DNA of 62,701 bases, filler included, from Asterionella formosa (GCA_002256025.1; 4 parts of 4 records of this genome joined end to end with filler, not necessarily neighbours in it); one strand, 5' to 3'; counted from the first letter of the whole stretch, positions 35,357-47,481 are shown. Translations and numbers: made by a program. The notes: generated from the sequence alone by a model not told the origin.

Positions 35357-38239
35357 ATGCATGAGCTTTTGGGGTTGAAGCGATCGAATGGAGGAGCCTC
35401 GTCAGAGAAGCAGAGCTACACCACAACGATACTGCTTGAGGAGATAGCATCTCTGCGGAAGCGGGTCAAGGAGCTAGAGGATGACACTTCTTCTTCTGGT
35501 GCGCACAGTTCGCCTTCTTCGCATTCTTCAGACGCTGCAAATTTTGATGACATCGTCGCTGCCCTGAAAAAGGATCTGTCGAAATCACAGAATGAAAAGG
35601 CAAACATGGAACTTGATTTCATGAATCAGCTCTCAAGGCAGACAAGGGATCATAACGAAGCTATCGAGGAGCTCAACGCCAAAATTGCCAAGTCGGAAAG
35701 GGAAGTTACTTTGTTGAAAGACACCAGACCCAAGTCGAAGGACGAGGCAGCCGTGGCTATGGAGTCCCTTAAAGCGGCGCATGAGGCTGAGCTGAAGCAG
35801 ATCAAGGACGACCTTGCTGCTGCTGACAAGGAGCTCGAAGTTCATCGAAAGGATGCGGATGAACTTCATCAAAAAATGAAGGACCTGGAAGAGCAAAAGA
35901 AAAATCTTTCAGAAGAAGTCAAGGAATCCAGGTTAGAGCTGGAAAACGGAATGATCGCGGTTTCTTTTCTTCGAAATGAAGTGGACGAGGTGGAGAAACA
36001 CTACAAGATTCAGATCTCGAAGTTGGAAGTGCAATTAAGGGATCACGGGGTGGTCCAAGCTCGACAACAGGATGAGATTGCAACTTTAAATAGTTGTGTT
36101 GTCAATCTTGAGAACGCAAAATCGATGCTGCTAGACGAAATCACGGACCTCCGCATGCAACTGGACAGAGGGGAGGAAGCCAAAGTAAATCTATTGAAAC
36201 AGGTTGATGATTTCAATAAGCAACAGACGAGAGGTGGTGCGATATTAGCTTCTGCTGCCGTGGAGCAACGAGCAAAGGCAGCCGAGATCAAGATTGTGGA
36301 ATTAGAAAAGGCCAACCAGAAAGCGCAAACAGAGCTGCGTGAGATGACAATGTCATACAAAATGGATGTCGCCCGCCTTGAGGAAACCTTGTCGTCTAAT
36401 GAAGCGAAAGCAGACCAATTGAAATTGGATGTTCAGCGAAAAGAGAATGATCTCATCCGCATAAAGGAGCGATGTAACCTCTTGGAGAACGAAATGAACT
36501 CTGTGAAGGCTGATCTGGCCCGAGAGGAATCTGTTTCGTCTCAAGCAGATACTGAATTGACAAGCCTACAACTTCAACGAGTTGTTTACGAACAGCGAAT
36601 GTCTCAGTGCTTGATGGAGCATGTTGCTGAAATCGATGAAGTCAAGTTGGAAAACGCAGCTCTTCAAGCAAAAGTGCTAAAATACAAGAAAATGCTGGAC
36701 ACCGAAAAAGATTTGTTGGAGAATCAGAAAGTGGCAAATAACTTGAAAACAAAGGCGAACATCCAGCCTTGGATGAATCCACCTCCAATGGTACGCACAC
36801 CTTCGAACCATTCGATTTCTGGAAGGTGCTTTACTCCTTCAAGTATAGTCTCACCGAAAGGGTCTGCCCTTAGAGTGCCATCGCCCGGACGTAGCTTTCC
36901 TCCCTCAAGTCATGGTGCGTCTCCCAAACAGGCACATTCGGTGAGAGAACTCGCTGCCGCATTTGAGCCTAGTCCACGTACTATAACTCCACGTGCTGGA
37001 TTTGTGGGCTTCAAACAGCCTAAACCACGGCCAGAACCAGTAGTGACTTCTGCTGACGAGATTGAAGCATTGCAGCAGAAAGCGGAAAGTGCTATCAAGC
37101 AAGAGTGCCAGGCTCAAGTGGATGAATTGCAGAAGAAGGCGCTGGAGCAGAAGGTTGAAGAAATCGAAGAGCTGCAGCGGAATCTCAAAGAAGAAGTTGA
37201 GAAGAACGCGGCAATGGAGGAGAAACTCAAGAGTCAATCGCTTGCTATTGGTGCTCTGAGAGCGGAAGTTGCCAGTCTCTCAGCGACAAGGCTGGCAATT
37301 CAAGCTTTTTCCCGAAAAGAATACGAAGAACAAAGTACAAAGGATTGCGAAGAAATCTTGCGACTCCGCAAGGAACTGGATCAAGCGCGCGAGGAGCTTG
37401 AGCTTGAGGCGAAGGAAATCGTGAACCTCAAAACAGAGATCAGAGGCCTGACGTTGGAGCGCATGAACGAGGAGGAGAATGCAATGGTGGAATACGATGA
37501 CAAGGTTGCGGAAACCCGCAAGAACTACAGCATTGAGCTCAATCAGCTGCAGATGCAAATAACGAAGGAGCAGATTAGAAACAATCAGCTGGAGTCCGAA
37601 TACCGAATTCAGGTGAAGGAACTGGAAGACACTATCGAACAGCTCAATTATGAATGCGACAGAGAGCTTGATGCCAAGCAGGCCGAGCTTGACATCATGA
37701 AATACAAAATTGATGAGAATCTTGATAGCATGAAGCAACTTGAATCTGAACGCGAGCAACTATGTCTGTCAATGAACTCTCAGTCGAACGATAGGAAAAT
37801 TCAGTTTGATGAGCTTCAAGCGGAGCTATTGCAGGCAACCGCCATGAATGCAAAACTTGCTCGTGACGTTGAGAAACTTAAACTTCAGATTCACAATGAT
37901 GAAGCTGTAATTGAAGAACTTGAACATCTGCGAGAAAAGGTGAAGTGCTTGGAGGGAAAACAGCGACCGAGTAACTCAGCTACCCTGAAGTTCATGGAAA
38001 ACATACAGCTAGATGACCTGAAGGCAGAGAACGAAAGACTGCGTGAGAGTTTGCGACAAACCTCGATGGATAGGAGATTATTGCAAGACAAGATCAATGG
38101 CATGATGACAGAAAAAAATGAATCTCGGGCTGTTCAAGTCCTGCGAGAAAGAAATGAGCAACTTAAGTACGAAGTAGAAAAACTCAGCAAGAAGCTGTCA
38201 AAGCTTGACCGCCGCGGCAGCACGCGGCTTGAAGTTTGA
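35357..38239 (+). CDS. Large coiled-coil protein of unknown function
   Basis: About 960-aa E/K/L/Q-rich heptad ORF with a central S/P-rich linker; true start uncertain. Confidence 0.85.
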   Translation: MHELLGLKRSNGGASSEKQSYTTTILLEEIASLRKRVKELEDDTSSSGAHSSPSSHSSDAANFDDIVAALKKDLSKSQNEKANMELDFMNQLSRQTRDHNEAIEELNAKIAKSEREVTLLKDTRPKSKDEAAVAMESLKAAHEAELKQIKDDLAAADKELEVHRKDADELHQKMKDLEEQKKNLSEEVKESRLELENGMIAVSFLRNEVDEVEKHYKIQISKLEVQLRDHGVVQARQQDEIATLNSCVVNLENAKSMLLDEITDLRMQLDRGEEAKVNLLKQVDDFNKQQTRGGAILASAAVEQRAKAAEIKIVELEKANQKAQTELREMTMSYKMDVARLEETLSSNEAKADQLKLDVQRKENDLIRIKERCNLLENEMNSVKADLAREESVSSQADTELTSLQLQRVVYEQRMSQCLMEHVAEIDEVKLENAALQAKVLKYKKMLDTEKDLLENQKVANNLKTKANIQPWMNPPPMVRTPSNHSISGRCFTPSSIVSPKGSALRVPSPGRSFPPSSHGASPKQAHSVRELAAAFEPSPRTITPRAGFVGFKQPKPRPEPVVTSADEIEALQQKAESAIKQECQAQVDELQKKALEQKVEEIEELQRNLKEEVEKNAAMEEKLKSQSLAIGALRAEVASLSATRLAIQAFSRKEYEEQSTKDCEEILRLRKELDQAREELELEAKEIVNLKTEIRGLTLERMNEEENAMVEYDDKVAETRKNYSIELNQLQMQITKEQIRNNQLESEYRIQVKELEDTIEQLNYECDRELDAKQAELDIMKYKIDENLDSMKQLESEREQLCLSMNSQSNDRKIQFDELQAELLQATAMNAKLARDVEKLKLQIHNDEAVIEELEHLREKVKCLEGKQRPSNSATLKFMENIQLDDLKAENERLRESLRQTSMDRRLLQDKINGMMTEKNESRAVQVLRERNEQLKYEVEKLSKKLSKLDRRGSTRLEV

Positions 38240-40385
38240 TTCTCTGTTTTTATATACCGGTATTGATATGTAAGAAGAGGTTGGTTCCATCCAATATATG
38301 TTAGTGTTCCTTAAATAATCTTGTATAATCTGAAAAAAGACCTAAATCGATGTTATCTAGTGATAAAATATATGGAATTCAACGAGTCAAGGATCAATAT
38401 TTCAGTGATTAGAAACCAAGACATGCAAGACTTATTGACCAATGAATTGAGATGCTTACTTATTTCGTTGGACGAACGATGATATCGATAGATCTGATGT
38501 TGGTGACAAGTTTATGCTCCGGTCATGTATGTAATGATGCTTAACGGATATTCTACCGGTGCCGGCAGTCATCTAGTCTACATACGTACGTGGTACTAAA
38601 AACAACCATGCATGCTTTAACGCTTACTTTGAACACGTTATAATATTATCTCTGTAGACTCTGTATTATTTTTACGAGACCTGAAATGTTGAATTATATC
38701 GTTCACATATTCATTGATTTTACGTACCGTTTGCCCGATTTCGTCCTCACAAATATAGTTCTCACTCTATCTTGCCTGCCTTTGCTCTATTCGGGCTTGC
38801 AATAGGCAACGTTTGTCTTTCTTTGATCCCATCGTCTGCTGCTTGTTATGCTAGTTGAAGCGGATCGGTGAGTACAACAGTGGAATACTGAATGTGGATT
38901 GTAGATCGTATTTATGGGGCTGACTTTCCGATTTGATTGCTTCCGTGGTTTGTTTTGATCGCTTCCATCGTTGTTTGTCGTTAAGCACTGTCGTTTTGTT
39001 TCGATTGTACATATCTACATAAGAACCAATGCATTTATCAATGACTACTCATTGAAGATGTGGTATTGTGCCGTTGTTGATTTGTATAGTCATTGACAAC
39101 GATGTCAATATTGTCGCCAAGCAATGCTTTTCTTGTACTAACGCGCTTTGCTACATTTCTACTACGAGTTCGTATCAGAACCTACATGAATACTCAGCTA
39201 GAGAGAGTCAATAGTGCTGGAGCAGCATGGCGATCATGCTTGCTCAGAATGGAATGATCAGGGTTGCTTGTTTGGTGGCAGCGGAGAGGAATGACTGTGG
39301 CGGAAATACTGCTAGTACTGGTGTCAGGCTACTACAGCGATGTGCATGGTTGCAGAAACCAGACCAATTACGCTACATAACGATGTAGGTCAAGATTGGT
39401 TTCAGCTTTTCCCTTCTTATTTTGGTCTTTGATTGTGTGGTGATGGAAAGTGAATGTTGCCTGGTGTGTAAGTACTACAATGATTCACAATGCATACGTC
39501 TCCATTGGAACTCTTATTTTTTTATTTCATTTCTAACCCAAAACAATTTTTTCTATTTCTCATTTGATGCTACTTATTACATCGCATTTCATACTTTGGT
39601 TGCTCCAAACATCATGCTCAATTTTCGTTGATGTTGCATGTTACAATCATTCTCGTGTGTTTTACGCTTGTTGTACCATCTCTATCCATATTACCACTAT
39701 TCTGGTTGTCATGCTAAAATCGGCAATTTTATTGCCGAGAAATTCGATGTGCCCCATATTGCCTTTAAATAAAAATTACTTATGAAATTACTTAAAGACT
39801 AAAAATTACTTAGAAGTACCCGAATGGCAAGACGATAGCTGGAGCGGGAATTGCTTGTGCACCTTTTACCATGTCAGCCCAGGTACAGCTTGCCGGTTCT
39901 CTCTTGTGTCTACTATACCCGTCACTCCTGTCCTGTGGCAGTCAGATCGCATTTTTCCAACAACTGGTACCGGTACCTGGTTCCTGGTAGTTTTGTAATA
40001 TATACCAGTACCTGGTACCTGGTACCAGTTACCAGGTACCGTACACCAATATTTGATGATCCTCGTGTTCCGTCGTACCAGGTACTCACTCCGTAACAAA
40101 TACTTTTTGTACACCAGGTTGAGCGAAACCACGCACGTGCGTTTTTTAGATACCCGCGTCGGCGGGAAGAGTACGGTACCAGGTACCTGGTACATACAAT
40201 ATTCTTGGTATTACCGGTAGCTTCAGGTAGCGGTAGATAGGAGCGCCTTGCTTGGTGCGAGGCGTGTAAATTCCTCATTCATGAAAATATTAAGGCATAC
40301 TAACAACGAGAACGAAAATCGGCATTCAAGAATATTGCTTCCTCCAGGTTCTGTAGATATCAGGTATCGGTAATAGACTTCCACC

Positions 40386-41879
40386 ATGTTCAGTGAAACA
40401 GACTCAAGAGACGTGCCATCAATGGAAGGTGCACCCTCGCTGCTGGATCAGGAGCTATCATTGAACCACAAGCCCACATATTTCGACTCCAGCGGTGACG
40501 ACGACGCCGACTCATCAGACGGACACTTTCCCTTGCAGTCGATCGGTGGAGCAAAATCTATTGTTGTCTTACCCGTAAAGAACGAAGAACATGGGTTTGT
40601 GGTCCAAAAAGATGTCGAAGCCTCCTTGGAATGTCACATCCCACCATCTGCCGCTGACGGCCGATGGAGCGCAACTTTGCAGGGATCTTCCCTTGTTAGG
40701 GGACCCGTGGGTTGTGCTAGTGGCACCTTGAGCGTACACTACGCTGCATATCCGAAGACGCTCTTATTGTCGACTGGAGCGACTTTTGGAGATGATGCCA
40801 ACATGACTTATGCCTGCAGCTACAACTCACGGAACCAGCAACATCAGATCTCTATTGTGGTTCCAAAGGCGTCGGAGCCAAGGGGGTTAATTCTTCAAAC
40901 GAAAAGAAACTTTCGCGCCTGTGTTATGTCGAGTGCATTTAGCTTCAATCAATCCCAGGTATTGCCGGACTTGGACTTGTCAATCAGTTCCAAGACCACT
41001 CTCCCAATTCACGCCAACCTTTCTATATCTGGGCGTCAGCGGATTCCGACGGCTTTCCAATTTCAAGTTAGTCCAGTCAAATCGAGTAAAACCACAAGCA
41101 CAGTTTCTTTATCTTGGAACAGAAGTTGGAGTTTGGAAATGGCAGTGTATCAAATGCTGGGCACGAAGCACTCGTGGGTCGGCCTTGCGGTACAGCACTC
41201 CCGAAGGGGTTTGACTTGGATTTTCTCGTTCATTCGTGGAGACGTTACGGTCTGTGTTCCAATCAACCTTGTTCCGATATCGCATGATATAGCTTCATAT
41301 ACAATGCAAGGTGCATCTCTATCGATACTGACGTGGGCTATTCAGGAAGCAGTAATGGAGTTATGGGCTCAAGTCGAACCTGGTGAGAAGTCGAAGGAGA
41401 CCAATAGAGAGCAAAATCTACTCAAGAAGGGCAAGGCCAGGACCGAAGCACAACAACAAAAAGAACTGATGGTTAAGCAAGCCAATTCAAGAGCGAAGCT
41501 AGAGGGTGAGAAGGCCGGTCTCGTCATTAAAAAAGCAGTGTATTGGATCGAAGGTGGAGATTCCTGGGATGTCACGACACAATTGCAGTTTTGGGTGGTC
41601 GATTCCACTCTAGTGTTCCCAACTTCGTCCAAGAGAGACCTTCTGGGATTCTACGATGTATCGGTGGGCTCCCAGCAGGCCAGGGAAGAAAGTTCCTCAT
41701 GGTGGTCTGGTTTCTTTCATGTCGAGGAGCTCACAAGCGAGGGTAGACAGTCGCTGCCAAAGTTGCGAGTAGAATATCTTTTCAATGACACACCATACTG
41801 TATTACACTATCCGACGACGAGGCCCTATCTCTACCCAGTAGCAGGGGGACTCGAATAACTCCTAACGAAGTAAAATAA
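40386..41879 (+). CDS. DNAJC11-like protein (DUF3395 C-terminal domain), no J-domain seen
   Basis: GLVIKKAVY...DVTTQLQFWV.DS.L....SK..LLGFYD...KLRVEYLF...DDEALSLP; preceded by a beta-strand-rich region. Confidence 0.75.
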   Translation: MFSETDSRDVPSMEGAPSLLDQELSLNHKPTYFDSSGDDDADSSDGHFPLQSIGGAKSIVVLPVKNEEHGFVVQKDVEASLECHIPPSAADGRWSATLQGSSLVRGPVGCASGTLSVHYAAYPKTLLLSTGATFGDDANMTYACSYNSRNQQHQISIVVPKASEPRGLILQTKRNFRACVMSSAFSFNQSQVLPDLDLSISSKTTLPIHANLSISGRQRIPTAFQFQVSPVKSSKTTSTVSLSWNRSWSLEMAVYQMLGTKHSWVGLAVQHSRRGLTWIFSFIRGDVTVCVPINLVPISHDIASYTMQGASLSILTWAIQEAVMELWAQVEPGEKSKETNREQNLLKKGKARTEAQQQKELMVKQANSRAKLEGEKAGLVIKKAVYWIEGGDSWDVTTQLQFWVVDSTLVFPTSSKRDLLGFYDVSVGSQQAREESSSWWSGFFHVEELTSEGRQSLPKLRVEYLFNDTPYCITLSDDEALSLPSSRGTRITPNEVK

Positions 41880-41919
41880 TAGTTTCAACAAATGAAAGAT
41901 AGCAAGATATAACGCGAAA

Positions 41920-43125
41920 TCATTTTCGAACTCTAGGTTTCTTGAATTCACCTGGTTTCTGCCTCTGTGTCTTCCACCCCTGCGACTTATCGCCACTAAT
42001 AAAATCACGACTGGCGTTGTCTTGCTTGGCCTTCTTGAAGACCTCGAATACATCATTGTCATCGTTGGCAGGCATTAGGAAGTCATCAAAGTCGTCATCC
42101 TCCGCTGAAGCGATTGGATCTCGTTCAAGTGAACGCTTTTTGGAGGCTTGCTCCGCTTCCTTGTTGTCATCCTCACTGCTAGAATCTGACGAATCACTGC
42201 TACTGTCACTCGAGCTATCACTACTACTTACGGCTTTCTCAGGAACTAGTCCCTGTCCTTTGGAACTTGCGGACATGTTGGAAACGAATTTCGTCTTCGG
42301 AGGTTTCTCAACCAGTTCACTAGTATGGTCACTCTTTTCGTCACCATCACTATCGTCCTCGTCAGAACCATCGCTATCGATTATTTCTTTCGAGATTTGA
42401 GATTCAATTTTCTGAGCTTCCTCTAACACTTTCTCCTGCTGAGAACCAATGGTAAATCTGTTGTCGCTGGCACAGGCATTGTCGCTTTTGATCACTTCCA
42501 GAGCTCCAAAGGTTTCCCTCTCCATTTCGGCAGTCCATTCCTTTGCTGGTAATAATTCATATTGGTCCCTTGAAATCCAGTCGACTTTATCTTCATCTTT
42601 CAAATCCCTCAGAATACGACTCCTTGTCATGACTCGACGAGTGAACGATCGTTGGTCATCTAGGGCACGAGCACCTTTCTGAAAGATAGGCAAGTACTTT
42701 TGGTCATGGGGAAAGTGTGCAACATACACTTGATCCAGAGCGATGCGCGCCAATTCTTTATTGTACCTAGTCTTCTCTTCATTTTCTTTTGAGTCAAGGA
42801 GCAATTTTCTCGTCGCCTTCTCCATCCGATGCAGTCTTTGCCGTTCTAGAAAGCGCACCCCATGTGACTTTTGTGCATGTTGACGCTGCCGTTCAATTTC
42901 AGCCTTCTCAGAAATCTCCTTCTTTAGAGCGTTAATGTTCTCTTTGAGCTCCCTTTGCTTTTCTGGATCGGTATCTTCATCGAATCTCGCCAGCAGGCGC
43001 TCTTGACCACGTAGTTGATTCTTGAGACATGATGCTGTTTTTGACTTGGTAGGAGCTGTAGACTTTCCCTTTCGCCATGGCTTGAACTTCTTCTCTAGAC
43101 CGTGTTTAGAAGGCGGGCGAGGCAT
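41920..43125 (-). CDS. EFG1: rRNA-processing protein Efg1-like
   Basis: LKNQLRGQERLL, KSHGVRFLERQRL.R, DQVYVAHFPHDQKYLPIF; acidic/Ser-rich tail. Confidence 0.8.
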   Translation of the reverse strand: MPRPPSKHGLEKKFKPWRKGKSTAPTKSKTASCLKNQLRGQERLLARFDEDTDPEKQRELKENINALKKEISEKAEIERQRQHAQKSHGVRFLERQRLHRMEKATRKLLLDSKENEEKTRYNKELARIALDQVYVAHFPHDQKYLPIFQKGARALDDQRSFTRRVMTRSRILRDLKDEDKVDWISRDQYELLPAKEWTAEMERETFGALEVIKSDNACASDNRFTIGSQQEKVLEEAQKIESQISKEIIDSDGSDEDDSDGDEKSDHTSELVEKPPKTKFVSNMSASSKGQGLVPEKAVSSSDSSSDSSSDSSDSSSEDDNKEAEQASKKRSLERDPIASAEDDDFDDFLMPANDDNDVFEVFKKAKQDNASRDFISGDKSQGWKTQRQKPGEFKKPRVRK

Positions 43126-43622
43126 GATAGCATCGTCTATGAGTGGATGTGGTTATGAATGGAAAGAAACAAATTTCTCGATTGTCAAGCCGACTGTGAC
43201 AGGAGAAAAAGCTTTAACACTGCTTTCGATATTATTCGAGTTTCGAATAAAAGGAATGGATTTCTTTTCCATCATTGCTTCCAGCATCATCTAAACGACG
43301 TCAGTGTCTCATGTGAGAAAGCGAAGGAGACGTACAAAGTGCTGCCTCTGCCTGTGATGATGGTTGGCTGGCCTTGAAACGAGCACGCCAACAAAACAGA
43401 TCCCCCAGCGCGACTAATGCGCGAAATTATGCAAATGCGAACAACGGACTGTCTCTGATTCTTTGCTTGCTTCTTTGCTTGAACTCACTCATCATCATGC
43501 ATGCATGCAGCAGCAATGTGTTATTACTTGCATCGAGAACCAGCAAGTTGCAGTCATTTCGAAGAAATTGACAATGTGACACAGGACAGGCTTTAAAAAC
43601 ATAGAAAACGTCATCAATTCAC

Positions 43623-45942
43623 TCTTTAACATCGACTGGCTGTATGATGACCACTTAGTGATGTAGGCTTTATGCTAATTTTATTCTTCCAAAAAGGGAA
43701 ACGTCAAAACTCAACAATGACCTGGGCATTTAAGGGGTGGCCCAAAGCAAAAGTAAGCAATAGTAAGCAAAGTCAGCAAAAGTAAGCAAGTCTTGTTGCT
43801 TACTTTGCTTCATTCTCATCAAACTCAAAATCGTTCTCCTTTTCAAGCCGAAGTGATGAAAACAATCTTACTTAATTACCAGTTGCAAAGTTGTTGGGAT
43901 TTGGAAATTCGAAACAACTGCAAGCATCACCATACCAACGACCTGATATAGCTAGCTAGTATTATAAACTATGTATGTACAGTGTATACGCATGTTATGC
44001 ACACTATATCGAATATCAACTATTAAAGATAATAGTATACTGGTACTTACTTGTAAGCAAACAATTTTGAAATCTCATCACCATCATGCGTTCATCATTC
44101 TTATGTGACGATGCATCCGTTTTGTGGCGTCGATACAAGCAATCAAATCTAAGCTAATAAATAACTTGTTTCACATCTTTTGCTTTAATTAATCGTGTTA
44201 CCTATTGTTTTAGTCGTCTTTATAGTCGTTGTACAGCTACTGTGAAAGCTCAAATCTGCTCATAACATCGTCGTTTGAATTGTTAATTTATGAATTTCAT
44301 TAAAAAATGCGCCATCGGCTATTTCAATATTTTTTGTTGTCAATATTAGTGCTATTACAACCATTCTTTTACGACTCTATTTTTCATATCGTGCTTAATA
44401 TATATATACCAAATAGCACAGCGTAATTCTCATTTTTCATGGAGATGTTTGTTATTATCGTCATGGTCAAGGCTGAGACGACATGATTCAGCATGCATTC
44501 TCCAGCCACTGACGACGACCACACTATATTCCAAAGTGTTATACCGGTATAAAAATTACATACCGGTATACAAAAGAATCGAATAATCTAAGCTAAAAAA
44601 TTATTAACAAGCGCTTATGAGTGATACCTGAAGTTGCGGTATTTTTGCTTGACTGGCCACATGGCAACTGTCAGATGTGTATATGATTACCTTTTTGAAG
44701 ATATAAAACACCAAGGCTGTAAACTTTAACGCTTTTTAGTTGGCACGCACCGCATCACTTTTGCAAAAAATGAAATCACTCTGGCAGATATATCAAAATG
44801 TTTTTGATTTGGCAGATGAAGTAAACTTTACTCGAATCGAGCAATGACCGAATGACACAAAGTAAACTTTACTCAATTTGAGCAAAGTATACTTTATTTG
44901 CCAAATCAATTTTTTTGCTATAACTTCCAAAATGATCATTTTTAGAGCTTAAAACTTTATTCAAAATCATGCCACAAATTATCAACGCAAACCATCACAT
45001 GGGTTATGTAGGATGTATGGCTGGATTCAAGCTCAGAGTGCAGAAGCTCCAGCCATACAAACGACCTGTATATCCCTACTACATATGAGAGATACTACAT
45101 ACTGGTACTCAAAGCACATGCTTCTCGTTAGTCTTAGCAATCTTACTTCATTTCGCTGACCGAGACAGTACCAGTAGTACCAGTAGATTAAAATTGTTAT
45201 TTTGATCACCACTTAGCTATGCAGATATAGCAAGATGTTTTTGATTTGGCAGATAAAGTAAAATTTACTTGAATCGAGAAATGACCCAATGACCCAATTT
45301 AAACTTTACTTGATTCAAGCAAAGTTTACTTTATCTGCCTTATCACAACCTTTTGGCTATATCTGCCAAAAAGATAATATTTAGAGCTTAAATCTTATTC
45401 AAAATCATGCCACAAATGAAAATTAACGGCATTTTGCTCTGGCCAGCATATTGCACTAAGTATTGGGTCAAAGGTGCAACTACATTGCTGTATATTGCTG
45501 AGATCGTGATGTCAGCAAAATTGTCGCAACTTGCAGGTACCCTGCTGGTACCCTGAGCAGCATGAGTTCAGCCAGCGTGCATATTGTGGTACTATGGAAT
45601 AATATTTACATGATCGGGTAACACTGCCTAGTTGTTATATATGATGATGTTAGCATGTGAGTATCCAAATCTTAATTGATTTAGAACCATAAATTGTTGG
45701 TTGTTGTTTTCATCACTTCGGCCAGAAAAGGAGAACAATTTTGAGTTTGTAGAGAATAAAGCAAAGTAAGCAAGACTTGCTTACTTTGGAAAAATGTTGC
45801 TTACTTTTGCTTTGCGCTGCCCCTCTATTACCCCAGTCATTGTCATTTTCACATACGCATCATTTTGACATTTCCGCATTTACATGAAATAATTAGCATA
45901 AAACCTATGCCATAAACAAGTCGTGATACTGTCGATTCAAAG
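43623..45942. mobile_element. Non-autonomous foldback/TIR element with ~250-bp inverted termini
   Basis: 43623-43866 is the inverse of 45703-45942 (e.g. CAAAGCAAAAGTAAGCAA, TTCTCCTTTT...CCGAAGTGATGAAAACAA); internal direct duplication 44785-44977 / 45222-45417. Confidence 0.7.
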
Positions 45943-46223
45943 CAAAGTAACTTCGACACAATTACCGTCTTGTCCTTTTCATCTTTCTCCATTTGTGCCG
46001 CTCTTGGATGTTTGATTCAACTCTAAAGAAGCTAGAACTATACCAGGTACGGTAGTCAAGTTGTTGCTATCTGAATATCTCACCTTCGACTAACGTCATG
46101 CGGTTTATCTACTGTTAGTCCGGTCCTCGCCTTGTATGATACCGGTACCAGGGTACCTCCATCGAGTCTGTCGTTGCTTGCTTGTCTGGAACAAAAAAAA
46201 GAGAGAATTGATGACGTTGTCTC

Positions 46224-47377
46224 TGTGATGTACAGCTGAACCGTCTGTCCTACCTACCTACAGTAGAATAATATATCACGTAGTTATAATTTTGCATTTC
46301 ATCTTTTGATATTGCATTGACAGGTTACTGAGCCCTTTTGCGGTTGCCTGACCCCTCAACTCCTCTTCTTTTCTTTGCCATAGACATTGTGAGGTGTCTT
46401 TCAACCCACTGCTTCTTCGCTTCTGCTTTGGATTTCTAAATACACAGTATAAAACAAGCCTCTACTGGTTTTTTTCATTCCTATTTTCTAAGTTGTTCTT
46501 TTTTGCCAGACAGCCTACCTGAGGTTCTGGACTAGCACCACACCATTTTGCTCCTGTTCCATTTCCTTCACAAAAGGCTGCCACTTGTCCCCATTGCCAT
46601 CCACAAACCCTCCTGCTTGCTCCTCTGACACCACCACCTGTTCATCATCTATCACGGAATTCGCACGTTCTGTCTGCTTCTCTGTTCCTTTCTTTTTGAG
46701 TGTTGATACTATTTTCTATATATTTTGTTTGGCTGTGTCTAATTTTGGTGGTCTGTCCTACCATCCGACTCATTTCGGCCTGCAAGCCACGTCTGTCTGT
46801 CCATCAATAATTTCTGGGTCAGTCCTTCCATCCAATTTTTTTCATTCCTCTCCTGCTGAGTCTGCCTTCCGGTATATCTCCCTTATTTCAAAGAAGGCAC
46901 CTATCCATCACTCTTTTGTGAATCTGTCTGTCCTTTTCTCTTCTAATTGCAGTAAGTCTTCCCTTCTTTGCATCATCTATCACACTTGCTTCTTCCCTGA
47001 AAGCTGCCCTTTGAGCAAGGGGGGGGGGGAGGGGGTCAGTGTGATGTACAGCTGAACTGGGGAATGGCTTAGTGGTTAGCACACCTGATGCGGTGGCAGG
47101 TTCGATTCCTGCATTCTCCACTTGTCTTTTTCATGTAGTCCCTATGGTTCCAGGCTGTGCGGCTGACGAAAAGACAGGTCCTGTTGTACCATACCGACAA
47201 ATAAAACCGGTACTAATTGTGTCCATTTATTCATTTATTTGGGCAAGAGTACGATTATAGCATAGCTTTAACGTACTATAAGATTTGATTGATAATTTTT
47301 TTATGTACAGTACAGCTGAACCGTCTGTCCTACCTACCGTAGAATGATATATCACGTAGTTATAATTTTGCATTTCA
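46224..47377 (+). mobile_element. Miniature LTR element (TRIM-like) with ~78-bp LTRs; 3' LTR interrupted
   Basis: TGTGATG...CATTTCA repeats at 46224-46301 and 47040-47377; polypurine tract 47017-47035 immediately before the 3' LTR; no clear PBS. Confidence 0.6.
47058..47302 (+). mobile_element. tRNA-derived SINE-like insertion
   Basis: tRNA-like head 47059-47120 with A box TGGCTTAGTGG and B box GGTTCGATTCC; GATT/T-rich tail; flanking duplication TACAGCTGAAC. Confidence 0.65.
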
Positions 47378-47481
47378 TCTTCGGTCTAGCTCGAGGAATT
47401 CATCTCTCCGTCCTTCCCTGCATGGCAATAATGCCCTGTCCCATCCAAAATCACGAATTGAGTAGCAGACGCTCAAGGATT

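Noticed and set aside
47059..47120. Functional tRNA gene
   Set aside because: Only 62 nt, 4-bp anticodon stem with a 6-nt loop, no variable region, and embedded in a duplicated target site
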